A stretch of 64,000 bases of DNA from Pseudomonadota bacterium. GTDB lineage: Bacteria; Pseudomonadota; Gammaproteobacteria; Halothiobacillales; Halothiobacillaceae. The position numbers and the translations under genes were made by a program. The stretch spans positions 73,379 through 137,378 of the forward strand of contig JBFLZK010000020.1 of NCBI GenBank assembly GCA_040756355.1, in the 5' to 3' direction. The notes under the pieces were generated by a model. The model did no database searches and was not told where the DNA came from. It saw nothing but the letters and a program-made list of their open reading frames with translations. Positions 7,567 to 17,300 of this stretch are shown here, piece after piece. Each line of letters starts with the position of its first letter. Positions within the stretch are counted from its first letter, which is position 1.

Positions 7567-10500
7567 TTAGTTACTACCGAATCCTTCCAGGATGTTGCTC
7601 AGATCTTCCATGCTCAGGTCCGCGTCGCCGAAGTCGGACGGGGTGAAGGCCGGGTTCTGGCTGGACTGACTGAGCGTTACGATGTCTCGCAGGACCTGAA
7701 TGAAGGTGGCGGACATGTCGGTCAGTTCATCCGGCATCCATACGCCGTCCAGGTAGTGCCAGTGCAGGCGCATGGCGGCTCCCTCGCGATGAACGTTCAG
7801 TTGCAGGCCGTGCCCGAACGGGTCGACACTGACGCCATCGCCGCTTTCCTGGTAGCGCAGGCCTGTGGCCACTCGCAGGCGGTGGGTCAATTCCGCGCTG
7901 AGTTCGGAGTCCTGGCGCAGCTTGCCGTAGCCGATGCCTTGGGCAGGAACGCGGCGCAGCGCTTCCTTCAGGGCAAGAATCTGCTCATCCAGCTCTGCAT
8001 CGAAGTCAGCATGGATCCGCAGGGCATAGAGCGCGTCGAAACAGCCCATCGTGTGTGTCCAGCCTTCGTCGCCAAAGGCTTTGCGGCCTTGGCCGTTGAG
8101 CGCCAGCAAGGTCGGTTTGCCGTGGCGATGCAGGGCGATGGTCAGCGCGATGGCCAACAGTTCGTCGGTGCGCAGGTTGAACGCGGGGAGGGCGTGTTCG
8201 ATGAGGCCGGATACGAGCTCTTCCTTGAGATGGCCGACCATCTTGACGGCCGCTCCTTCCAAAACCCCTTTGCCTTCAGAAACGTTCATCCAGTAATCGC
8301 GCTCCGGCTGATGTTCAGCCAACTTCTTCAGCCAATCGGCGAAGTTGCGGCCAGCGATCTCTTCCGGACGGGCGCCTTGGCCGAGCAGGTTGTAGATGCC
8401 GTACCAGTCTTCCAGCAGCCATGCTCCGCTCTCACTGTCGAGTAGGGCAGGATGGGCGACCGCGAGTATCAGATCGCTGTCCTGTCGGGTGCGCAAATGC
8501 GCCAGACGGAGCAAGGCTCCTTGATCCGGTTTCAGCTCGGCGGCCAGTTCGGCGATCACCGACTGGGCGTCCTCAGCGCTGGCGAGGTCACGGGTGACCA
8601 GGGTGGGTGCGGCGCCATCGAAGCTGACCTTCCGGCTATCCGCATCTCCAGAGAAATGCATGCGCAGAGCGTCATGCCGCTTGACGAGGAGTTTGGCGGC
8701 CTCATCCAGGCGTTCTCCGTCCATGCCGCCCAGCGCGGGACGCAGCCAGGCGTGGTGGCTTACACCCTGGGCGTCGAGATAATCATCCTGTGCCACGCTC
8801 GTACCGAGCGTAGCCCCCAGGTTGACGGTCTGATCGCCCATGCCGGCAGACAGGTCGGCGATGGTCTGCTGCTCAAACAACTGGTTGGGCGCCAGGGTCA
8901 GCCCGTATTTGCGAGCCTGGGAAACAACCTGAATGCCGAGTACGGAATCCATGCCCAGCTCGAAGAAGTTGTCGTGGATGCCAACTGGGGCGATGCCGAG
9001 CACGCCTTCGAAAATGGCCGCGAGTGTCGCTTCGAGGTCGTTGCGCGGTTCGCTGTAGGCAGTTTGCAGATTGGGACGCTCGTGCTTTTCGCCCCCCGCC
9101 TTTTGCTCGCCCTGCTTGCCGGGACCGGAGGGACCGCTGCTGTCGCGCAGACGCTTGAGCAGGGCAGCCAGATCACTCGTGGATACAACGACTTGCGGCA
9201 TGGAAAGGTGGGTGAGGATGCGGCGCAAGGCATCTGCGCCTTCGTTCGGCAGAATGCCGCCGTTGCCGTCGGCCTCCATTGGCTTGCCCTGCGTCGCGTG
9301 ACTGGTCGGTGCGGCAAGGTTTCCGCGTACCTTCTTGAGGGTGAAGCCTTCAACCACCACGAGAGTGTCGCCGCGCTCGTCAAGAATGGCGATATCTAGC
9401 GAGACGGTCTCAAAGGTGGCGTCACGCTCTGGATGGAAGCGGCTGTAGGCATACAGCTTACGTTCCAGCGGTGCAAAGACGTGCAGCTTGTCGTAGGAGA
9501 GTGGAAGGTACAGCGCATCGGCATGATCCGCGTCCAGGCCAGTGGCGATGACGTGGCCGGTGGACGGTCCGGTGGCCATGTCGAGCAGGGCGGGATGCAG
9601 CGGCAGCTGAGCCAGATCGGCGGCAAGAGCTTCCGGCAATTCGAACCAGGCCAGGCCCTCCTTGTCGCCAAGGTACATGGTCTTAAGGGTTTGCCAGTGT
9701 TCGCCCAAAGTTAGGAAATGGCCCTCTCCGGCCTTATCGTCGGGGCCGAACTCCATGGTGCGGGCGGCGCAACGGCGGACCAGTTCATCCAAGTCGTAGT
9801 GAGGCCGCTCGGCGGGCTTGACGGTGGTCACGACCACACTGGCATGGGGTGTCCACTGCTCGCCCGCCTCGCCTTGCGCGGTCACCTCCACGCTGCCCGC
9901 TCCTGCGGGACGGACCGTGAGGCGCGCGGCTCGGTTGCCACCACTTTCGAACATCATCGGGCTCATAAAGAACACGTTGCTCAATTCGACAGGCTCGCCG
10001 CCGAGGACGTGCTGGCCGACGGCTCGCGCCATTTCAAGCCATGCGGTGCCCGGTACGGCCGGCTGGCCGTTGATGCGGTGTTCGTTGAGGATCCAGAAGT
10101 CTTCGTTGAAAACACTCTGGTAGACACGCGCCTCATCTTCATCCGGTAGGCGGCGCAGGATGAAGGGGTGTTGCAGGTCGGCGGGCTGCCCTTCGGTGCG
10201 GCGGTCGGTCTTGAACAGACCGGCGGCCATGCCGACTTCTTCCCAGCCGTCCCAGTTGACCGATACAGCGAAGCATCCATCGCGGCTGCTCATACTGTAA
10301 GCAAAGGCGTCCAGGAAGCTGTTGGCGCCGGTGTAGTCGACCTGCCCCATGCCGCCGGTGACGGCAAAAAGCGAGGAATTGAGGATGAACAGTTCCGGGC
10401 GTTGCTCACCCAGAACCTTGTCGAGGATGAGCGCACCGAGGACTTTGGGGGCAAGAACCTTGTCGGCGGCTTCGACAGTCTTGAGCTGGACCATCCCGCC

Positions 10501-13500
10501 GCCAGCCACGCCGGCGGAATGGATAACGCCGTCGATGGGGCCAAAATGTCGGCGCGCTTCATCGATGGCAGCCTGCATGCTGGCTTCGTCGGTGACATCG
10601 GCGCCCAGCACCAGTACTTCCGCGCCAAGGGCTTCCAGAGCCTGCACTTTGCGGATGCGGTCCGCGGCGGCGTCGCCCGAAGCCAGACGGTCTGCCCACG
10701 TCTCGCGCGGTGGCAGGGCGGAGCGTCCAGTGAGGATCAGGCGGGCATGCGCCTGACGCGCCAGCTCCTCGGCCATGACCAGCCCCAGACCGCCCAGGCC
10801 GCCCGTGATGAGGTAAACGCCGTGCTCTTTGAGATGTAGGGGTTGTCCATCGACGGTCGGTAGCGCCTGCTTGGTCCAGCCGCGCACCCAGCGGTAGGCG
10901 CCACGGTAGGCGGATAGCTCATCCTGCGCCCCGGATAGGGTTTCGGCCAGAACCTGGTCCGCCAGGGTTTCGACCAGACCGTCGTGCAGATCGAGATCTA
11001 CGCAGCGGACGCTGAGCCCGGGGTATTCGATGGGCAGGACCTTGACCGGCCCTAGTACAGTGGACCATTCGACGCTGCTGCCTTCGCCGCCGATGACTTC
11101 CTGGGTATTGGGCGTGGCGATGGTGATGGACAGGTTTTCAGCGCCGCCGGCACGACCCAGAGTCTGGGCCAGGAAGACCAGACTGTAGAAGCCGCGCGAC
11201 TGGGACTGACGATAGATGTCGGACGGCGAAACAAGACGCAGGCTGTCCACTGGCCAGGTATGGATGATGCGGGAAGGTTTGTTCTCGCCCAGTTGGCTCC
11301 AGAGCTGGTCGTAATCTTCCGCGCGTTCAGGATGAATGGTGAAGCCTTCCTCCACGCTACCGGAGAAGGCCTCACCCGGGCTGACCGAGATCACGCGCTG
11401 GTTCCAGGCGCGCAGACGGTTGGCGACCGTGGCGCCGATCGGACCGGCCTGGAAGAGCAGCCACGGCCCGAGATCTTCTTGCGGGGCCTGGAGGCGCGGA
11501 GCCATCAGGCGATCCCAGCTCGGGATGTAGAACCAGTCGGCCACGTCTTTCTGTTTGCCGACGGGCAGTGTCATGCTCGCATGTTCGCTGTCATGCAACG
11601 GCTCGACCCAGAAGCGTTTGCCCTCGAACGGGTAGGTGGGGAGGGCGATGCGGCGGCGGGGCGTGTCGTAGAGACTGGACCAGTCGGCGGAAATACCACC
11701 CAGCCATAGGCGGCCAAGCGCGCCAAGCAGGGTCACTCGATCCTCGGTCTCTTCGGTGGCGTGGCGCAGGGTATTGACGATGGCCGATTTGTTGCCCGCG
11801 CCACGGCGGGCGAGAGTGGAGAGGGTATTGCCCGGTCCGAGTTCAAGCAGGATAGTGTTGGGGCGGTCGTTGACCAGGGTGGCGAGCCCTTGCGCGAAGC
11901 GGACAGTGCCGCGCAGGTGACGCACCCAGTATTCGGCGCTTGTTGCCTCCTCGGGCTTGATCCACTTGCCGGTGACGTTGGAAACGTACGGACGCTTCGG
12001 CGGATTCAGGCGGGTTTGCTGAAGCAGGGCGCGGAAATCTTCGAGGATCGGTTCCATCATCAAAGAATGGAAGGCATGCGAGGTATGCAGGCGGCGGCAG
12101 CCGATGTCCTGCTGCTGAAGCCGTTGCTCCAGCGCGTCGATGGCTTCGAATGGGCCGGAGACTACGCAGGAGCCAGGCGCATTGATGGCGGCGAGAGAGA
12201 GGTTGTCACCGATCAGCGGCAGCAGTTGGTCTTCGGGCAAGGGGACGGACATCATCGCGCCCGCCGGGAGTTCCTGCATCATGCGTGCGCGCGCGGCGAC
12301 CAGACGCAAGGCATCTTCAAGACTCATGACGCCGGCAAGATGGGCCGCGACGTATTCGCCGACGCTGTGGCCGATGGCTGTCTGCGCCTCGATGCCGTGC
12401 GCCTGCATCAGGCGCGACATGGCGTATTCGACAGTGAACAGTGCGGGCTGGGTGATGCGGGTTTGGGTCAGCAGTTCGCGGGCTTCCTCCTCACGCCCGG
12501 CGGACGGATAGAGCACATCGCGCAGATCGAGGCCCAGCAGCGGGCGTAGATGAGTTGCGCAGGTATCCACGGCTTCGCGGAAGGATGCCTCGCTTTCGTA
12601 GAGTCCGCGTCCCATGTTCACGTATTGCGAGCCCTGGCCGGAGAACATGAAGGCCAGTTCCGGAGTCTTGTCACCTTCGCGGACAGCGCTCAGGAGGCGG
12701 GCAGGCTCTTCGCCGCGCAACACCTTCAAGGCGTCGGCGTGGTCGCGGACCACCAGCATGCGACGGTTTTTGAAGGACTTGCGGCCCGTTTGCAGGGTAT
12801 GGGCGACATCCTCAAGGTGGGCCTCGGGATGTTTTTCGAGGTGTTGAAGAAGGTTTTCGGTAGCCTTGGCGAGCGCATTTTCGCTGCGCGCGGAAATCAG
12901 CAGAAGTTGCCAGGGGCGCGCGCAGGCGATGGACTCTTCTCGCTCGGGCATCTCTTCCAGCACGAGGTGCGCGTTGGTACCGCCCACGCCGAATGAGCTG
13001 ACGGCGCAGCGGCGCGGCAAGCCGTCTTCGGTTTCCCAGGGGCGCAGGCTGGTATTGACGAAGAATGGGCTGTTTTCGAAGTCGATGCGGGGATTCGGTT
13101 TTTCAAAGTTCAGGCTGGCCGGAATCTGCTTGTGGTGCAGGGCCAGGGTGGCCTTGATGGTGGCGGCCACCCCGGCGGCGGCGGCTAGATGGCCGATATT
13201 GCTCTTGACCGAGCCTAGGGCGCAGTACTGGCGCTTATCTGTGCCTGCTCCGTAGACCTGGGCCAGCGCGGTGACTTCGATCGGGTCGCCCAGCGGAGTG
13301 CCGGTGCCGTGGGCTTCGATGTAGCTGATGGTGTGTCCGGGAACATCGGCTACGGCGAGAGCCTGTTCGAGCACCTCGGTCTGCCCTTGAATGGCGGGCG
13401 CAGTGTATCCGACTTTGTGGGAGCCGTCGTTGTTGACGGCGGATCCGCAGATGATGCCGTACACCGTATCGCCGTCGGCGATGGCGTCTTCGAGGCGCTT

Positions 13501-14283
13501 GAGCACGATCACGCCGACGCCGGAGTTGGTGAAGACCGTGCCCTTGGCGTCCGCGTCAAAGGAGCGGACCTGACCGTTCGGAGACATCATGCTGCCTTCG
13601 CGGTACAGGTAGCCAAGCCGGTCGGGAAACTGAACCACTGAGCCCCCGGCCAAGACCATGTCAGACTCGCCGTTGAGCAGGCTCTGACAGCCCATGTGGA
13701 TGGCGACCAGCGAGGTGGAGCAGGCAGTCTGGACGTTGACCGCCGGGCCGCGCAGATTGAGCTTGTAGGACACGCGGTTGGGGAGGTAATCCGCTTCGGA
13801 GCCGATACCGGCCAGCAGGTCGCGCGGCGAGTACATGATCTCGCGGTTGGACCAGATGTTGGTGAGGAAGTAACGGCTCAGGCTTTGGCCGCCGTACACG
13901 CCGATCAGACCGGGATAGTCGTCGGGAACATAACCGGCGTGTTCGAGCGCAGACCAGCTCACTTCGAGGAACTGGCGTTGTTGCGGGTCGATCAACTCGG
14001 CCTCTCCGGGGGTGTAGCCGAAGAAGTCAGCATCGAAAAGATCCGGGTCCTTCATACTGAAACCGGCGCGCACAAAGTTGGGATCGGCGATTTCGTGCAG
14101 GGTCAGCGGCAGGGCAGCGTAGTCGATCTGCTTGAGAGAGTTCTGGATGTCTTCATCGCTGAACCACTCCAGTGCGGAGCGGCCATTGATCAGGTTATCC
14201 CAGAAGGCGTCGATATCGCGCGCACCGGGGAGACGCGCGGCCATACCGACGATTGCGATCTTGTTTTCAGGGTTCTGGATCAT
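7567..14283 (-). CDS. cis-AT type I PKS module: KS-AT(malonyl)-KR with inserted DH-ACP-degenerate epimerization-like domain-COM
   Basis: KS VQTACSTSL/EAHGTGT/NIGHL; AT GHSVG and HAFHS; KR ITGGLGGLG...GQVDYTGAN; DH EHRINGQPAVPG and HPALLD; ACP LGMDSV; C-terminal E-like LKEALRRVPAQGIGYG and FTPSDF. Confidence 0.95.
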   Translation of the reverse strand: MIQNPENKIAIVGMAARLPGARDIDAFWDNLINGRSALEWFSDEDIQNSLKQIDYAALPLTLHEIADPNFVRAGFSMKDPDLFDADFFGYTPGEAELIDPQQRQFLEVSWSALEHAGYVPDDYPGLIGVYGGQSLSRYFLTNIWSNREIMYSPRDLLAGIGSEADYLPNRVSYKLNLRGPAVNVQTACSTSLVAIHMGCQSLLNGESDMVLAGGSVVQFPDRLGYLYREGSMMSPNGQVRSFDADAKGTVFTNSGVGVIVLKRLEDAIADGDTVYGIICGSAVNNDGSHKVGYTAPAIQGQTEVLEQALAVADVPGHTISYIEAHGTGTPLGDPIEVTALAQVYGAGTDKRQYCALGSVKSNIGHLAAAAGVAATIKATLALHHKQIPASLNFEKPNPRIDFENSPFFVNTSLRPWETEDGLPRRCAVSSFGVGGTNAHLVLEEMPEREESIACARPWQLLLISARSENALAKATENLLQHLEKHPEAHLEDVAHTLQTGRKSFKNRRMLVVRDHADALKVLRGEEPARLLSAVREGDKTPELAFMFSGQGSQYVNMGRGLYESEASFREAVDTCATHLRPLLGLDLRDVLYPSAGREEEARELLTQTRITQPALFTVEYAMSRLMQAHGIEAQTAIGHSVGEYVAAHLAGVMSLEDALRLVAARARMMQELPAGAMMSVPLPEDQLLPLIGDNLSLAAINAPGSCVVSGPFEAIDALEQRLQQQDIGCRRLHTSHAFHSLMMEPILEDFRALLQQTRLNPPKRPYVSNVTGKWIKPEEATSAEYWVRHLRGTVRFAQGLATLVNDRPNTILLELGPGNTLSTLARRGAGNKSAIVNTLRHATEETEDRVTLLGALGRLWLGGISADWSSLYDTPRRRIALPTYPFEGKRFWVEPLHDSEHASMTLPVGKQKDVADWFYIPSWDRLMAPRLQAPQEDLGPWLLFQAGPIGATVANRLRAWNQRVISVSPGEAFSGSVEEGFTIHPERAEDYDQLWSQLGENKPSRIIHTWPVDSLRLVSPSDIYRQSQSRGFYSLVFLAQTLGRAGGAENLSITIATPNTQEVIGGEGSSVEWSTVLGPVKVLPIEYPGLSVRCVDLDLHDGLVETLADQVLAETLSGAQDELSAYRGAYRWVRGWTKQALPTVDGQPLHLKEHGVYLITGGLGGLGLVMAEELARQAHARLILTGRSALPPRETWADRLASGDAAADRIRKVQALEALGAEVLVLGADVTDEASMQAAIDEARRHFGPIDGVIHSAGVAGGGMVQLKTVEAADKVLAPKVLGALILDKVLGEQRPELFILNSSLFAVTGGMGQVDYTGANSFLDAFAYSMSSRDGCFAVSVNWDGWEEVGMAAGLFKTDRRTEGQPADLQHPFILRRLPDEDEARVYQSVFNEDFWILNEHRINGQPAVPGTAWLEMARAVGQHVLGGEPVELSNVFFMSPMMFESGGNRAARLTVRPAGAGSVEVTAQGEAGEQWTPHASVVVTTVKPAERPHYDLDELVRRCAARTMEFGPDDKAGEGHFLTLGEHWQTLKTMYLGDKEGLAWFELPEALAADLAQLPLHPALLDMATGPSTGHVIATGLDADHADALYLPLSYDKLHVFAPLERKLYAYSRFHPERDATFETVSLDIAILDERGDTLVVVEGFTLKKVRGNLAAPTSHATQGKPMEADGNGGILPNEGADALRRILTHLSMPQVVVSTSDLAALLKRLRDSSGPSGPGKQGEQKAGGEKHERPNLQTAYSEPRNDLEATLAAIFEGVLGIAPVGIHDNFFELGMDSVLGIQVVSQARKYGLTLAPNQLFEQQTIADLSAGMGDQTVNLGATLGTSVAQDDYLDAQGVSHHAWLRPALGGMDGERLDEAAKLLVKRHDALRMHFSGDADSRKVSFDGAAPTLVTRDLASAEDAQSVIAELAAELKPDQGALLRLAHLRTRQDSDLILAVAHPALLDSESGAWLLEDWYGIYNLLGQGARPEEIAGRNFADWLKKLAEHQPERDYWMNVSEGKGVLEGAAVKMVGHLKEELVSGLIEHALPAFNLRTDELLAIALTIALHRHGKPTLLALNGQGRKAFGDEGWTHTMGCFDALYALRIHADFDAELDEQILALKEALRRVPAQGIGYGKLRQDSELSAELTHRLRVATGLRYQESGDGVSVDPFGHGLQLNVHREGAAMRLHWHYLDGVWMPDELTDMSATFIQVLRDIVTLSQSSQNPAFTPSDFGDADLSMEDLSNILEGFGSN

Positions 14284-14307
14284 GATGGGGCCCCTAGACT
14301 TTGAAAC

Positions 14308-17300
14308 TTATTGCTGACGTTTGGCCAGACGCGCACGGCGCTGGTCTTGCATGGATTTGCGGCGATGGTCGAGTCGCTTGCCGCGCTCTTCTTCGGTCAT
14401 TTCGTGGTGCGATCCGTCATCAGCGGAGTCCTTGCCCTCATCGAGGAAGTCGACAAGGTTGGCGATGGTTGGGTAGCGGAAGAACATGTCCACCAGCGCG
14501 ACAGGCTTCTGGACGATGTCCTGAAGGCGGCTGTGGATTTGCACCATGTGCACGGAATTGCCGCCGATATCGAAGAAATTGTCGTGGATCGATACCTGTT
14601 CACGGCCCAACACTTCGCGCCAGATGCCAGCGATGACTTCTTCGAGATCACCGCGAGGGGCGACGAATTCCTGATGGCTATGCTTGGATTCATGTTCCTC
14701 AGGCGTGGGCAGTGCCTTGCGGTCAACCTTGCCGTTTGAGGTGAGAGGGAGCGTGTCCATAGTGATGTAGGTGCTCGGAACCATGTAATCGGGAAGATGT
14801 GCCTTGAGGTATTCGCGCAGGCTGTCCATCAGGGCTTCGTCTTCTTCATCGTCATCGCGATAGTCCGGCGTGATGCCGTCGTCGTCTTGCGCGGGGATGC
14901 CGCCGTACAGGCTATGCAGGTAAACCTCGTCTTCTTCGAGGTGGAACATTGGCGCAATGGATTCAAAGTCCATCACCCCGATCTGGCACAGACCAAGACC
15001 ATGCGCGGGAGCGGCGGCTTCGAGCGCCTGACTCATCAGGCCGACCTCAATGGTGCAGAAGTGGCGGGAGTATTGGCCGTACAAGGGCGCGATGGCGCCA
15101 ATCTTGCCAACCAAGAAGATCGAGAAGGCGGACTCGTTGAAGCCGGGACGGTTGGCCGGGGCATGGGCTCTATCGCTGATGCGGGCATCCATGTTGACTG
15201 GATACAGGCGACGCTCGGCCGGGTTGTAGTAGTAGATGCCGCTCGGAATGTTTTCGACGCGGCCCTCCGCTACGTACACGTAGGCGCGCACCGGATAGAG
15301 GTTGCCCGCCGAGCCGTAGCTGAATTTGGGCAGGCTGTTGCCTCGCGGTTTGGAGGCAAGCCATGCGAGCAGGTCCGCAAAAGCTGAGAAACTGAGAGTC
15401 TCGTCGCGGAATCGGCGATCGGTACGGCGCGCATCGAGTTGTCGCATTTGTTCCGGAGTCAGCGCGGGCAATTCGATGATGCCGGAATTGAGTGGGTCAA
15501 AACGGCGCAGGGCGATCTGGCTCATGCGAAACTGGAAGCGCTCGGCGCCATCGGTCAGCAGTGGGAAGCCATCCAGCGGGCGCACCGAATCCTCGTGCCT
15601 GGGCACGATGTAGGCAATGAGGCGGCGGTTGCCGCGCTCGTTACCATGAGGATTGACGACCGCGCCATGCACTGCGGGGTGCTTCGCTAGCACGGTTTCG
15701 ATTTCGCCGAGTTCGATTCGGTAGCCCTGAATCTTGACCTGGAAATCCTCACGGCCTAGGAATTCGATGTTGCCATCGGGCAGATAACGCCCCAGGTCGC
15801 CGGTACGATAGAGTGCCTCACCGGTTTTCGGATGAGTGAAGAAGGCTGCGTTAGTGCGTTCTTCATCACCCAGGTAGCCCTTGGCCACGCCGATACCGCT
15901 GATGTAGAGATCGCCGGCGACCCAATCCGGACGTTGGCGCAGACTCCGGTCCAGAACCTGGATCGCTTGATTGGTCATACCCTTGCCGTAGGGGATGCTG
16001 GTCCAGGCCGGATCAACCTGTTCGATGGGGTAGATAATCGACCAGATCGAGCCTTCGGTCGCGCCGCCAAGGCTGTTGACGCGGATATCGGGGCGCGCGA
16101 TGGCTTTGATGCGGTTGGGCAGGGTGACGGGAATCCAGTCGCCGCTCATCATCACCACCCGGAGGCTGTCGGGGAGGTGGTCGTGCTGCCCCTCAAGGTA
16201 GGTGACCAGCATTTCCATCAGCGCGGGAACGCTGTTCCAGAGGCTGACCTTGTGCTCAGCCGTCATGCGGGCCCAGTAGCTCGGATCGCGCAGCCCATCG
16301 ACTTCGGGCAGGACAATGGCCGCTCCTGCGGCGAGAGCGCCGAATATGTCGTAGACGGACAGGTCAAAACTGAGCGCGGAAATGGCAAAGACGCGATCCT
16401 CGGGCCCGAGAGCGAAGCGTCGGTTGATGTCCTGGATGGTGTTGAGTGCGCCGCGATGGTCAATCATCACGCCTTTGGGCTGACCGGTAGAGCCTGAGGT
16501 GAAAATGACGTAGGCCAGGTCTTCGACCGCGCGCAGCGGTTGGATCGGTTCGGCATCAATACCTTCGAATTCACCGCCATCGACCGCAAGCGCGGTGACG
16601 CCTTGCGGCCATTCCAGCGCATCGATGAGTGGAGCCTTGGTCAGGGCAAAGCGTGCCCGTGCCTTGTCGAAGATGTAATTGCGGCGGTCCTCCGGAAGCG
16701 CGGGGTCCACCGGAAGGTAAGCGCCGCCTGCCTGGAGAATGGCCATTACTGCGACAGTCTGGATCCAGTCCTTCGGTGAGACGACGGCCACCAGTTCACC
16801 CGGTTGCAGGCCGTGATCGCGCAACGCTTGGGCGATGTGGCGCGAGCGTCGGTAGATTTCTCCATAGCTGAAATGACGACCGGCGGCGATGAGTGCGGTT
16901 CGCTCGGGGTGCGCCAGCGCCTGCTCGATGAAGGGTGTGTGCAGCAAGCGATGCTGACCGATATCGACTTCCGGGCCGAGAACCGGACGATACGCAAGCA
17001 TTGACTCGGGCAGGTAGTCGCGCCGGATTTCCCTCCACGCCTCGTCGCCTGTGGCGAGATCAACCAACTGGCGACGGAAGCCTTCGAACATGATTTCGAG
17101 CATGCCTTCCGGGAACAGGCCTTCGACGGCATCCCAGTCGAACACCAGTTCGTCGCCGTCCTCGAATACCTGATGATCCAACCAGACTTGCGGAGTCTGG
17201 GTGATGGTGAAGACTTCTTTGCCCAACCAGGTGAAGTGAGCGCCTTTGCTTTCCGGCATGGCGTGGCCGACCGCCGAGGTGAACACGACTGGCATGACTG

